NCBI RefSeq assembly: GCF_006345805.1
Contig: NC_042998.1
Span: 129,456,001 to 129,520,000 of the forward strand
Length of the DNA: 64,000 nucleotides
From: Octopus sinensis
Taxonomy: Eukaryota
Direction: 5' to 3'
The notes under the pieces were generated by a model, which was given only the letters and a program-made list of their open reading frames with translations, was not told where the DNA came from and ran no database searches. Position 1 is the stretch's first letter, and the number at the start of each line of letters is the position of its first letter. This document shows positions 10,363 through 24,981 of this stretch, piece after piece. The position numbers and the translations under genes are program-made.

Positions 10363-10779
10363 AAACATTATGGTACTAGAAAGTACCAGCTTTGCTAGAA
10401 ATAATTGGATTGCCTCTAATATTATTACATATTATTAATAATAATATCCTTATATATTTATAGATTATTCGCCTAGTTCGTTTCTGAGTGTGCCTTGGGA
10501 CTTCACACGAACACGCAAGCATAGCTGAGAAGAAAGTATTTAAATTTGGCTTTTTGTTTTAGCAAACATAACTGAGGAGGGATGAGTGTTTTTTTTAGCA
10601 CAGAGCTAGAAATCGATACTAAGTTATCTGCCATTTCTTTTGCAGCCTTTGCAAAGGTAGGGTCTATAATATTTACACACCGCTCGCTTTCACATGATTG
10701 TTTTCAGTGACCTTTCTGCGGCTTCGGAGTTCCTCTGACTCCTATTTCTATCACACCTGGTACTTTCTAGTATCATAAT

Positions 10780-10783
<4 letters not shown>
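10363..10783. mobile_element. MITE with 27-bp terminal inverted repeats
   Basis: aaacattatggtactagaaagtaccag (10363-10389) versus ctggtactttctagtatcataatgttt (10757-10783): 26/27 match. Confidence 0.7.
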
Positions 10784-10835
<52 letters not shown>

Positions 10836-11069
10836 TATATATACATACATACACAAGGATACTACATGAGCATCTACATCACTAAAAATAGAAGTCAAAA
10901 TAATTCTAAGTCACCGAAGAATCACAAAATTAATACAGGCATGATAGGATAAAATTTTAGTGAACAAGAATAGCACCCTACCTCATCAGGTCTGCAAGAA
11001 GAATGCTGGTTAATTTGGTAACATGATTGGTAACATGTGTGTGCGTGTGTGTGTGTGTGTGTGTTTCTT

Positions 11070-11215
11070 TCTCCCAGCCATCACTGTCTGGCAACCGGTG
11101 TTAGTGAATTTACGTCCCTGTAACTTAGCAGTTGGGCAAATGAAACCAATACAATAAGTACTAGGCTCTAAAGAAATGAGTCGTGAGGTCGATTTGTTCG
11201 ACTAAAAGCCTTCTG
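11070..11215 (-). mobile_element. SINE family B 3' part
   Basis: Reverse-complement homology to 27581-27744 and 53194-53410 (gctaagttac, gtaaacacaccagc-like motifs). Confidence 0.6.
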
Positions 11216-11585
11216 CTGACGAATTGGTAACGGAGTAAGTGGCATTATATTAACAAAGTACACTGCAAATATTCTTACTAATGTTTAGTAAACGAACCGT
11301 CACGTAAACAAATTCAAAACATTAGAGTTCGCCGGTTAAATATACTAAAACACGGAGTAAAAGCAACCGTCCTGATCATTTTGGGCGCCATGGGTTTTGC
11401 AGTAAATCACTAAATCATCCATAACTTTTGTATTATCCTCTCCAATTACACCAAAATCTCAGACAATAACAAATAATATTGTATGTATTGTTTGTGAAAA
11501 TTATAGAATATAAAACAACTTTGATAAAAATGTATACTTACTTTTCTGACGAAAACAATGTCGTTCTGAACATTTTGGCCGCAAC

Positions 11586-11600
11586 TTTATATATATATAT

Positions 11601-11676
<76 letters not shown>

Positions 11677-11722
11677 ATGTATATGTATATATATATATAT
11701 ATGTATGTATACACACACACAT

Positions 11723-11764
<42 letters not shown>

Positions 11765-11774
11765 ATGTATGTAT

Positions 11775-11805
<31 letters not shown>

Positions 11806-11834
11806 CATACATATGTATGTATACACACACACAC

Positions 11835-11866
<32 letters not shown>

Positions 11867-12528
11867 ATACATATATACGTATATATATATGTGTATATAT
11901 ATAATCTGTGTGTGTATATGTATATATATATATCTATATGTATATATATTTATATTTATATACGCACACGCATACGCACAAATACAACCACATATCTTAA
12001 AAGTGTTTATGAAATCAATATATATGGCATGACCAATAAAATGAATTGAATAAGTTAATATTCCAAAGAAATTATTATATTTTCTATGATAGAAACAGCT
12101 TTAAATGCACAAATTGCACCCTCAGTTCATTGTTCGCTAACCTACAAATCTGAGGCTATTCATATCGAAACATAGAATTTGGAAAACCATTACCTCTACA
12201 ATAGTATATAATAAGTTCTTTATTGGGATAGAGTAAACTACATTCTGACAGCTTTGCTCAGGTTTGTAACGAAAGAGAACGGTATGTAATGGAATACACG
12301 CATACGCCCGCACATACATACATATAAACATAGACTTATTAATAAAACAATTATACATACATGCGTACACACATGCATACGGATATATACAGATATAAAT
12401 ATATACGCATACACACACAGTGTGCGCGCTAGAGCGTGGGTGAGTGTATGCGTTTATATATATATATATACATGCGCGTGCATATATGTATATATGTATA
12501 TATGTATATATGTATATATATATATATA

Positions 12529-12577
<49 letters not shown>

Positions 12578-12603
12578 ATAAATATGTATATATATATATA
12601 TAT

Positions 12604-12673
<70 letters not shown>

Positions 12674-12720
12674 GTGTGTGTGTGTGTGCGTGTGTGTGTA
12701 TGTATATGCGTATACATATG
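11586..12720. repeat. Compound (TA)n/(CA)n/(TG)n microsatellite blocks
   Basis: Directly visible; source of the IYIY/HTHT ORFs. Confidence 0.95.
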
Positions 12721-13989
12721 TTTTTATCTGTGCTTGTGAGGGTGCTCGTCTGCCTGTATTTGTCAGCGTCGATGTACATTATGTGCATCAAAAATCTTTG
12801 CGCGTTTTGGATATATATGTATACACACAGACACACACAAACACATTCACACGTGTACACGTACATATACAAAGCAGGTATCTCCAGACTATTTAGTGTG
12901 TTTGTATATATTTATGAATGCTTAAAAGGACTTGTATAATTTACGTATGCAAGTATTCTATACTTACCCGTTAGCCAATGAACAAACAGAAGATTTTGAT
13001 GAGTTATATTGTATCAGAATAGAATAGATGATTACGTCATGCTCTCTTCCTCCCCCTACGTCCATATCCGAAATAACAGCGCCGGGATCAAAAAATTGCT
13101 GATTTCTTTGAAGTTACAGCTTCCAATCCTCTTTACATGGCAGAATATCTCCTACAGAGCCCTAGAGACCTACAGTGGATTACGAAGTCTAAAATATGAC
13201 ATTAACAACTTTTTGTAACGTTTATTTAACTGTATTCATTCGATAATTTTCAGTAGTTGGTCTTTATATTGTATTTTCAAGAGAAATGTGTATGGGGGTT
13301 TATGAATAGTTATACACGTTTTGAAGTATGTATAGAACATATAAATGAACACATACAGTCGCTCTCCCAATAATACGCGCGCACACTTCCACCCACACAC
13401 GCACAGAGTTCCAAATAAAAGTGCACACAGAAGTCCAAGCATACATTCCTTCAAAATAAAAGGTTCCCCGCTATTCTCTCTCACTGTTCTCTCTCAGTCC
13501 CTGCCTATAGCCATACAAATACACACACATACACACACATCATATGCGCGTTCTGAATGTATATAATAATATTTTTATGTATATATTTACATATATGATG
13601 AAAGAATCAGGCATTAACTGATTAATCAATCGATATTTTAAAGTAAAATATTAAATATATTTTTCTTAAAAGAGAAAGGTTGACAGTAACTTCAAATATA
13701 TATGTAGAAAATTCAACAAAAAATTCCTCCATGTGGTGTGAGATAGATATATAATTTTTACATTTATTTTTTGTGTTTTCGCTTTCCGTTTTCCGTGTTT
13801 TGTTTTCCTTTGTTTACTTTCTGCGTTTTCTATAAGCCGCCTTTTTAGTATTTTTCGCGTTTCTTCTGTAATTCAATTTTTTTTTAGTTTGTGATGATAT
13901 GTTTTTTGCGCCTGGAGAATATGTTTGACTTTCTCAACATAGGAAACTAATTGTCGCGCTTTAATATATTTATTGTGTCTTTTAAATAA

Positions 13990-14233
13990 TAAATATAATA
14001 TATTATATATATATGACCGTATATGTGACCGCGTGTGTATCGTTGGCGATTTTCTTTCTCGTCTTCCCTTCATTGGACCTTTCCTTTTCCTATGTTTCTG
14101 ACGAAGAGCTCCTCTCGAAACGTTACCTCCTCCTTCCCTCTTTCCTTTCCTTTCCTGGGCGTCCAATAACACTATACTTGCTCCACGTCCTCGGGATGTT
14201 GTATTTTGTCTTTGTGTTTTCATGTTTTGATTA

Positions 14234-14240
<7 letters not shown>
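13990..14240 (+). mobile_element. Penelope-like pLTR fragment with a canonical hammerhead core and decayed stem I
   Basis: CTGACGA (14098-14104)-a-gag-ctcct-ctc-GAAA-cgtta, then a pyrimidine-rich tail ending in (TA)n. Confidence 0.5.
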
Positions 14241-14327
<87 letters not shown>

Positions 14328-15545
14328 GACAGATCGGCCTCTCGTCCAGTTCGAGTATATATACGCCACTGAAACTGGGAAACCGGCCCTTATAAACCTG
14401 ACATGATCCGAGAAGGAGACATTTTATTTTATACACACACACACACGCACACACACACACACGAACACACACAAGCGTGTGTGTGTGTGTGTGTGTTTGT
14501 GTGCGTAACATATTTAGATTAGCAATAACAGGGAAATGAATAACTAGACATTCATCACAGGGATTTGTTTCTAGCGTTGAAGTCATTTGTAGAGCTATTT
14601 TGCCGTTTTAGTGATGCCAATATATCATCAAAGTATTGCTATGCCATTCTGCCATAGCAACAAGATTAAATTATGAGCGACATGTCTATTTTGTCCCTTA
14701 CTATTCTGAATTGATATGCACCAGATGTCTGATTTGTCTTTTTATCAGATCGTAAGAAAAAACAAAAACAGTATTGATTTAATCGATTAAGCATTCACAC
14801 AAAAAACACAAAACTGTGTGACCTTCTGTCAGTGATATGAATTGAAATAACAGGATTATTAATGATTTAAGCAAGTACGGTACAATATAGATCAAATTTC
14901 GTTAGTATCATGACACTTTTCTATTCATGGTTACATATGTTTCTTTATGTTTTTCATCTTACTACCAGCGACCTCGACAAAATCAAAATTGTCACTGAAT
15001 ATCATTTTCCTTCATTCCACTATAATTATTGTCTGCTTGTTTTTGTCCGTATAACGAACCAATACTTCATAATTCAGTTATGTAATATAAATCATGTAGT
15101 TTAATTTACTCATAACATTGTCTTATAATTTGCCATATCTTATGCTAGGAGGAGATAAAATATTACATTTATTGGAAAATTTATCTCTTACGCCGAGGAG
15201 ATTATATTGGAATACTTAATTCAGTTAATTTCTAAATATCAGCAATAATAAAATTAACCCACTTGATATAATATCTGCTAATTATCTAATATTTTTAGAA
15301 CAACAACAACAACAAAATTTATTTAGAGTCAGCAATTTGTATTTTTATAATTTTTATCACGCAAGTTATCAAATGAAAATAAACAACACAAACAATAAAG
15401 CAAACACCACCCTACGAAATCGAGAAATCAATATTTGAATTGGGCTTTCAGAAACATATGTGTATATGATTTAACACGCACACACACCTATATATATATA
15501 TACCTATGTGTACGTATGCGCGTGTTTGTGTATGTGTCTGTATAC

Positions 15546-15581
<36 letters not shown>

Positions 15582-18500
15582 TGTTATAATATGTTGTTAT
15601 GTATAGATATAAGCGCATACAAAGGAAATTGAACACAATTTTGTCCTTTAATAATGAGAATTTTACACTGATCGAACTAATATGGTAAAAAGATCTATTT
15701 AAAGACGTAGTGCAAACGAAAAGTTTTTTTTCCATTTTTTTCGTATTTTCCGTCACTTAAGAGACGCGTAATGTACAGGTAATAATAAATCAAGAAACGT
15801 ATATAAGTCCATTTGGAAGAAAACCCTCAATTCTTTATAATACATCAAGATGTTTGTTTTATGACTTTTATAAAATCATTGATTTGGTATAGGAACCTTT
15901 TAACATAATTACAACCCAATTATCTCGTATCGACTGTTAAACTTTATATTTAATTACGTTGTCGACTTGTCGAATATATATATTTTAGAAAAATATTAAT
16001 GAAATTTTATCAAATGTGGGTCAAAATGTAATTTATTTGTCGCAAAAGCATATAAATAAAATATGAAAATTACTAGTAAATGCAATCAAATATATGAAAT
16101 AGAAAAGCTAATTTAATTTTTAATAATTTTTCGCAAGTTTTCGAAAAGAGAAAAGAAATATTTGTGAATTTATTTAACTCAGAAGTATTTAATGAAAGCT
16201 AGCGTAACTATCATTCGTTTTCTTTACAATTTCCTAGATGTTGTTTAAGCGTGCGTATTTGTTTGTTTTTTGTATTTCTGATTTTATCTTTCCAGTGTAT
16301 GAAATCTTGCAGTTTTGCTTAATAATCAGAGATCATTGACATATCTTAAGCAAGCTACGCTGTTTCTGCACGGAATTGCTACGAAATCTTCCTTGAAATT
16401 ACACCATTATCTTCAAACTAGCTAGAATATTTGAGATAAAATTATACTCAATATAATATGCAAGGAAAAAAGACTACAATTCCAGTAAAAAATGGGTAGT
16501 TCAACATTCAAGAAATTATCTCATAACATTTGATGGCGCGTTAGAATGACAGAACCGAAATCTCAGCGTCTTATCGACCCTTATGCTCCTTCCCGCAAAA
16601 CGTTTGACTAACAAACAAGGAAATAAAATCAATCAATAAACACGAAAAAACTGGAACATATTTTCAATGAAAATAAGAATAATAAGGCCGATGACATCGA
16701 TGGGAATTATTGTGTCAATCCGAAAAGAACTTCGCACAAAATTCATTTTAAAATACCCGCATCTCACTTACATATATACACATACCGGTACAAGTATAAT
16801 TAGTAAGCAAGACACAAAAATGCTAAAAAAATTATACAACACAAACAGCATTAAAGAACATTTTGGAATTAAAGTAGCTGTTTTCTCGCAGAATGTATAG
16901 ATAATAATAAATCAAGAAACGTATATAAATCCATTCTATATAATACACCAATTAGACAATTAGAGTTACCCGAGGAAGGTGTTTGTTTTATGACTTCTAT
17001 AAAATCATTGATTTGGTATAGGAAATCAAAATATAAAAAACAAAACAAATCAATAACACAATCTTTAACCGATAATTTTCCAGTGAGGTAACATGCCACA
17101 ATCTGAAATCTTCAGTTGCCTCAGGAACACCCCTTTCTTGGAGAGAGCTCAAGGAATCAAGAGAACTGACAAAATATCATTGGAACTGGACGCCATGTAC
17201 ATCCTAAATGACATACGACAAACACACTTCACGTAGGCAACAGTAATAATTCATTCTCAAAGAAAGTTTTCTGTTCCGTGCGCCTAGTTATCACAAGTAA
17301 TTTGTAAAGAATTTGCAATATTCCCTCAGATCATTTTCTAATATCTATAATAATAAAACACTCGCATATTAATATAGAATGCCATAAATATCTTACAAAA
17401 GCAAAATTGAAGGACTTCCACAGGCAATAGAACAAATGTTTTCTGAATTGAACAAAGGTTACCAACACAGTCACTACACTACATGCATTCAACAAAATAT
17501 ACATACACGCATCTAAAACGGATGTCTCAGAAGGCAACATACAAAGTGCAAACTTATAAATACAAGAGACAATACTAAACACAATACACTAAAGTCATAC
17601 AGAGCCGACATAAAACCCACATGAAAACGATTGAATAGGGAAGTCCTAGAAAATTTAAAAGGCGGCAAACATTTTATATCTATCATAAATCAGAACGTAG
17701 GGTTAAGTAATTAGCAGTATTAACACCATCAAAGAGGGGTAACCACACCGCATATCACCATAAGAAACTCAAGTAATATAGCCGCTCTACTACTTCAAGA
17801 TTCACTACCAAACACTTCTCAAACATCGACTCAAAAACACAAAAGCATCAGAGCTAGAAATAACAAAAATTTATACCAAAAACATCGAAAACACGAAGGA
17901 ACCAGAGTAAGATTTACAATATCAATAGTACAATCTGCATGCAGGGTTGACCACCGGAGGGTCATCAATATCAGCACTGGCACTTTCTTCAGCATTTCGA
18001 AATAAAAAAATCTTTGTGGTGGTTTCTCTATATAGAAATCATGTGAGCACATTAAAAGACCGAACGTCATACAAACAATTTAGGTATTATCATGAAAAAA
18101 TTCGCAATGCACCAATGAGCAACTTTCACGGCATAGCTGATACTAATGTATTTTTAACCACATAATAAGCCATACATACATGCATGAATATATATATATA
18201 TATATAACATGCATATATATATACAAATGGCGGTGCCCCAGCATGGCCACAGCTCGTCAGCTGAAACTAGATAAAATAAAATAAAATAAAATAATACATA
18301 TGTGTATATATATTATGTAAATGGATTCTCACCTATTATATGCGCATGTGTGTGTGAGTGTACACTTGATATTAATTGGATTGCAAAACAGATGAGAAGA
18401 GATGCACATAATTTTATTGTACATGAGCAACCATACTACACAAAACAGCATGTCTACTGTGCTTTATGTCAGAGTATGTTTAAACATCCTGAATATTTAA

Positions 18501-19423
18501 ACTATATGTATCTTTTCCTCTCTCTCTCCGTACCCCTCTCTCTCTATGTACATATATTCGTGCATATGTACGTACGTACGTGCGCACGTATGTATGTATC
18601 TATGTATGCATGCATGTATGTATGTATCACGTCTTTTATGAGGTTATATAAAATAAATTTTGTGTTTTATCGAACTGTTAGAAATAAAATTGCGCAAGTA
18701 AGTAAATTGATTTTTAATGGAAATTTATGGGGAGAAAAATGCAGAAATCAATCGATGCACTAACCTCTCTTCCTACTTTTTGTTCTGTATCTTTTCCCAC
18801 TTCTAAATACTGCACTAAATCTCTCCACAACGCAACAAAGTTTCATCATAATCTTCATGTACATGTTGTTTACATGTTCCTTTCATTTTCTCTTGCTTGT
18901 ATTGTTCCTATATCTGCAACGAAGCAAGCGATGTTCAAAGGAAACATTAACCAGTTCAACATTCATACGCCTATCATACAATATCATGTCTATTCCTTAC
19001 AGCCCTTTAGCAATGAACGGAACATGCTTCTTCTTTGGCGATAAATAAAAAGAGAACTTAATATTAAAATTTCAGTGTATTTGATGATGGTGATTTTCTG
19101 ACTGAGCACAGCAAGAATAATCAGGAGTAAACTTATGAATTTTTAATTAACTATTTAAAAAAAGAAAGAGAAAAAGAAAATTAAGAAGAAAATGGAAACT
19201 GAGACTGGATTGTACTTCAATAGAGGTAATTCAGCGAAAAGAAAAAAATATAAAGTGTAGAAAGTTTATAGCGATAACAGCATTCAGAAAAATAAGTATG
19301 TTGAAGTGCAGTGTAAGGTGAAATTATCGAAACCCTGCGTGAGCAACATTCAGTTAAGATCCTGCTGAATATTCTGTTGATTGCTCATACCACCATCTTT
19401 AAACTCATACAAAAACATATATA

Positions 19424-19471
<48 letters not shown>

Positions 19472-19632
19472 AGCATATATATATATATACAGACAAATGT
19501 ATATAGATACATATACATATATATATATATATAAATATATTCATATGCATATATGTATGTACATATGTACACACAGACACGCACACACACGCATATACAC
19601 ATTCACAAATACACATACATACATACACACAC

Positions 19633-19676
<44 letters not shown>

Positions 19677-20160
19677 GCATATATACGGGTATTAATCTTC
19701 GTGTTTATAAATGATTACTAAGTAATGCATAAAATCATAGATACATATATAAATACTTTAGTTTTTCTTTTGGAATTGAATATCAAAATAGAAAAAAAGT
19801 TGTAATTAACAGTATGTATTCTTTTTGGATAGAAAAGATCTGTAAGCTTTGACACTTTCTATCCGTAAGGGGTTTTCACCCGAATGTTTATATGCTGCTC
19901 TTTAGTTATTTATAGCTTTATATGCACTTATATAAGAGATCCAATTCCAAAACGGAATTGTTCTATCTTCTCTCGAAAGTTTATAAATTCTTATGGCGTC
20001 AGCGTATATGTATATACATACATTCATACCTACATACATTCATACATACATACATACATACATACATACATACATACATACATACATACATACATACATA
20101 CATGGATATATATGTGTGTGTGCATATATATATATGTAGATATGTATGTATATGTGTATA

Positions 20161-20571
20161 GGGCGGCGCGCTGGCAGAAACGTTAGCACGCCGGGCGAAA
20201 TGCGTAGCCGTATTTCGTCATTACGTTCTGAATTTAAATTCCGCCGAGGTCGACTATACCTTTCATCCTTTCGGGGTCGATAAATTAAGTACCAGTTACT
20301 CACTGGGATCGATGTAATCTACTTAATCCCTTTGACTGTCCTTGTTTGTCTCCTCTGTGTTTAGCCCCTTGTGGGTAGTAAAGAAATAGATATTTCCTCC
20401 GCCGCTAGGTTCCGAGTTTAAATTCCGCCGAGGTCGGCTTTACCTTTCATCCTTTCGGTGTCGATAAATTAAGTACCAGTTACTCACTGGGATCGATGTA
20501 ATCAACTTAATCCCTTTGTCTGTCCTTGTTTGACCACTCTGTGTTTAGCCCCTTGTTGGTAGTAAAGAAAT
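20161..20571 (+). mobile_element. SINE family A, dimeric copy
   Basis: tRNA-like head followed by two tandem ~180-bp units, each ending gggtagtaaagaaata or similar. Confidence 0.85.
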
Positions 20572-21308
20572 ATATATGTATATGTGTGTGTGTGTGCATA
20601 TGTATATATACATATATTTTATAATATCATGCATATATACACACATACATGTACATGCCTACATATATATGTAGGTAGAGTGGTGAACGCTAAAAAAACG
20701 AGCTTTGAGAAGAGACAGGCAAGAGCACGTCTTGTCTTTAGGAAGAAAGATAGCTGTTGGTCACGTGTGAGCAACGACAGAGTCAAGGAGGAACAGTGAG
20801 AGAGAGAGGGAAGGGGACCGTGAAGGAGAGAGACGAATTAGAGAAAGTGTGGGAGAGAAAAACAGAAAGGAAGAACAAGCGAGGGAAAGAGAATAGAGGT
20901 AGTTTCTAGAGTGCGCATCAGAATTAATAAGATAAAACTTACTTGGAAATGGATGCTTGGCGTACGATCAGATGATAATATTAATAGTATATATATATTA
21001 ACAACAATATACGCTTTCAATAAAACAGTTGCCGACCAGGCTATATTATTGACCCCCCACAAGATCCCCAAATTTTATTTAATTTGCTTTGCGGGCACAA
21101 CTGTTTTATCGAAAACGTATATTGTTGTTAAATGCTTGAAATACGAAAGTATTTCAACAACTGATGATGGGTCATTCTTTATGTCTTGTTTTCCATTTGT
21201 GTCTTGCGTTGTTCGAAAAAATATTTCATATTTCATGAACTCGTACTTCGTATTTTTTTGTTGTACACGTTTTGCGACGCCCTGTGCCCACATATGCATA
21301 TATATATA

Positions 21309-21358
<50 letters not shown>

Positions 21359-21461
21359 GTATAGATGTAAGTATGTACATATACGTATGTATATATGCAT
21401 ATATATATTATAGATATTTTATTTTATGTGAGAACGCCACGCATCCTCTTCGAAATAAGTT

Positions 21462-21524
<63 letters not shown>

Positions 21525-21530
21525 CTTATT

Positions 21531-22083
21531 GAAAAGAACGTGAAAAGGCAGGAGTTTTTAAAAGAATTTATTAACTTAACCGGTTTCACTTATTTAAAAA
21601 GATTTTCAGCAATAAAGTATGAGGCTTTGTGTATTCTCTGTGGTGTCAAAAATCAATTCACACAAATATATTCAAATGAAGTGACAGAGTCTTTGATAAT
21701 GATAAGAAATGTTTAAGGCTTTGTGTATCCTATATGATGAGTCAAAGAATAGTTTACATAATTCCATTCAGATCAGGTAATAAAATTTTCTTATTACCTG
21801 ATCTGTAAATCAATTTTGTAAAAAATTATGTAACCTGATCTGAATGTTTTTATGTACGCTATCCTTTGACTCATCACAGAGAATGCACAAAGCTTCAATT
21901 TTTTTCTTCTCATTGTCAAAAACTCAATCACTTGATTTGACTACATTTATGTAAACTCATTTTTGACACCACAGAAGATACACAAAGCCTCATACTTTAC
22001 TTTTGGAAATCATTCTTAAATAAGGTAAAACGGTAACGTTAATACATACTTTTAAATGACTCCTGCATTTTCAGATTCTTTTC
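21531..22083. mobile_element. Fold-back element/large MITE with ~240-bp imperfect inverted arms
   Basis: aaagaacgtgaaaaggcaggagt / actcctgcattttcagattcttt and aaagtatgaggctttgtgtat...gtggtgtcaaaaa / tttttgacaccac...atacacaaagcctcatacttt. Confidence 0.8.
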
Positions 22084-23050
22084 CTTATACACACAAGTAC
22101 ACACACACATACACACACACATACATGCACACACACATAACACAGTTATTGAATTACTTATATGTTTCGTTTGTTAATACACGCATTCATTTCTATATAT
22201 AGCAAATGTGCATACACTTATACCATGACTGTAGACTGTAGGTGACATCCGTAGAATATAATGCGTGTCAAGAGTAATGCAAATGAAAACAAACTATATG
22301 ATATTCATATATTATTATTGTCAGGCGTCCCTGGTTTAATTCATTGGGAACCCTCTGATGTCATTATTACAAACAACCTCATTAGAGCTATTTATGCAAA
22401 TGGAATTCTTTTGAACTCATATTTTACTCTTTCCAAACGAAATTTCCATTGATTTGGTGTGGAAGCGGTTAGAAAGAAATACGTAATTACGAAACAAAAT
22501 CTACCAGAAATGCATTTGCAGGTCTGAAATGTGTTAAAAATTTTATTATATGTTTGATATATAGCTACATTCATGTGCACAGATGGCTACATTCATATGT
22601 AGAGTGAAAGCTCCCACACATACACCCATCCTAATATACATACATATACATGTCAAAACATATTAGCGATATTAGAGAAGTAATAGTATTTAGGAAATAT
22701 ATGTATAGAAAAGTAATATGATTTTTAAAAATTACTATTTTATATATCATTTAAATGCTAAAGAAACTACTACGTAGTCCTGTTTCTCTCTCTCTCTCTT
22801 TCTCACTTCGTGTATACATATATATGTATGTATGTATGTATATGTATATATATATACATAAATACATGTATACATACATATGTATGTGTATAAGTACGTA
22901 TACCTGAGAATATGACGTACCTATTTAAGGACAAATTACCCTGCTTCTCTGTCTTTCTCACTATAGTATGTCTGTCTATATACATAAACACACACACACA
23001 TACACACATATATATGTATATATATATATATATATATACTCACACATATA

Positions 23051-23091
<41 letters not shown>

Positions 23092-23247
23092 TCACACACA
23101 CAGGCACACAGACATCCTCGAACGCACGCACGCACACACACATACATATATACTTTGTATGTACCACATCCTCGCTTTGTTGTTTTCCCTTTGACTTTTT
23201 GGGAATGTCCCCCAGGGGACTGTCTTCGGCCCACTCATCTTTATAAT

Positions 23248-24438
23248 CTATACTAGCTTAAGGTGACATGCTCTACGTGCGGGTGAGGGTGTGGTTGTTA
23301 CTGCCTGTTGCTTCCTTTCTGTTTCTTATCGCCACATTCCCCCGCTTTGTTTCTATCTCCTTTTTCTCGCACTTTCCCACTCTCTTACTCTTCCTTTCTC
23401 TCGGACTCTCCCTCGCTTTCTTTTACTCTCTATCTTTCTCTATTTATCTCTCTCCTATTATTTATAAAGAACAAAAGATTTTGAGTTAGTTGAGAAAGAA
23501 AAAAGTTTGAAAAATCAATTATAAATATCAGGCAGTGACGACGGAAAGGTCTGCTTCAAGGCGGGCAGCAAAACACTAACATTTAAAAGGGACAGATGAC
23601 CTTGCGAGCTGAATAAAAATTAAAATATGTTGGAAACCAAAGTTTGAAGAGATAGAATATGAGGATAGTAGACTCACCATGGCTGGCATTCAAATCTTTT
23701 TAACGACGGACAGCAACGTACTGGCAGTTTAACGGCTGGCGCAAAATTTTGCACTTGATCAAAAAAAAAAAGAAAAAATTCCTAAACAGCAAGTTCTAAA
23801 GGGATTCTTTCTCACGACAGTAGACTCACCATGGCAGGCATTCAAAACTTCCTCATGACGGACGGCCACACATTGACGATTTAAAGGCTGGCGCAAATTT
23901 TTTAGCTTGATGTAACAGAGAATTCCTAAACATCCCCCTCCTGTAAATCTTAATCCCCTTCCAGCCCCATTTAGACCCCTTTTCACATAAAAATCCAATT
24001 TGTATCAACGTAATAATTCACCGTTCTAAGAGACCTGTGGCGGGAATATTTAAACTTTTGCGGTTGTCAACGCTTTCTCTCTATAGATATTGACAGACGT
24101 ACAGTGAGAGAGGTGGTGGGAGAAAGAGTGACAGAGAGACGGTGAAGTTGTCAAACGTCGTTATAGAGAGAACGTAGAGGGAAGGAAGGAAAGAGAGAGA
24201 TGGAGGGAGAGAGGTTGATATGCGAAAGAGAGAATCGACAAACACTTGTCAAAGTGTGGGTTTGGTTGCCCTAGTAACCACAGATTTTGAGATATCTAAC
24301 CTAGGCCACTCACTTCCGCACCTCTTTTTACATGTCCCTGTAAGTTTTGGAGTTAATCCGATCCCATCTAGTGCCCCTTAACTCGCTCCAATCACAAAAT
24401 GAGACAAACAAACTTTTCGCATTTAAGCTTTATAGATA
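23248..24438 (+). mobile_element. Putative non-autonomous Helentron/HINE (Lep1-like) element with an internal duplication
   Basis: 5' end tatactagc and 3' end acaaacaaacttttcgcatttaagctttatagata resemble Lep1/HINE termini (recalled). Internal direct repeat 23667-23788 / 23819-23932. Confidence 0.45.
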
Positions 24439-24559
24439 TTGATAAACGCTTTTCTAGCGCCGTAAAACACTGCTGGCGGTAAAATCTCAACATCGTGCAA
24501 ATGATGTACCGCTCGCGGCGGCGCTGGAGAGAGTAGAGTCTCAAGGCTTTAAGGTGGTT

Positions 24560-24935
24560 CTAGTAATCGAGGTCAGTCATGCCCTTAATTCGTCTAGGGA
24601 GTGCCCTCTGGGCTGATTCAATTTTCGAGATGTTTTGTTTTGTTTGGAGAGACCACAGGGAGCAGAAGTATTCAAGGTGTGGCCGTACAAAGGAGGGAAA
24701 AAGTCGAATGACACCTTGTTCTCTGGACCGGAAGATTCTTAAGACACAATGGCTCATCCTACGAGGTACATTGACCTTATTGTTGATGTGGGCACGCCAA
24801 CTGAGATTGTTAGCAACAATTGCTCGTAGGTCTGTGATATTATTAGATGCTGTGAGCGGTTCCCCTGAAGGAAGAGATTATGGCTGTTTTAGTATAGTCT
24901 TTCTTCCAAAATTGAGTCTTTTTTTCCTTTTCTCT
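24560..24935 (-). mobile_element. CR1-group LINE RT C-terminal fragment (decayed)
   Basis: Translation includes TDLRAIVANNLSWRAHI and FVRPHLEYFCSLWSLQTKQNISKIESAQRALPRRIKGM. Confidence 0.85.
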
Positions 24936-24981
24936 TTATTGTTTTTTCTCCTTTCTAAAGGATATTCAGCAGTGGTCTATA

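Noticed and set aside
14749-14751. Possible 3-nt microexon (ttttatcag-ATC-gtaag)
   Set aside because: The splice consensus alone is expected by chance in 64 kb, and no host gene was identified.
17100-18170. A-rich complex segment resembling a decayed LINE ORF
   Set aside because: No diagnostic RT or endonuclease motif could be read. The same applies to ~33600-34560 and ~50400-51100.
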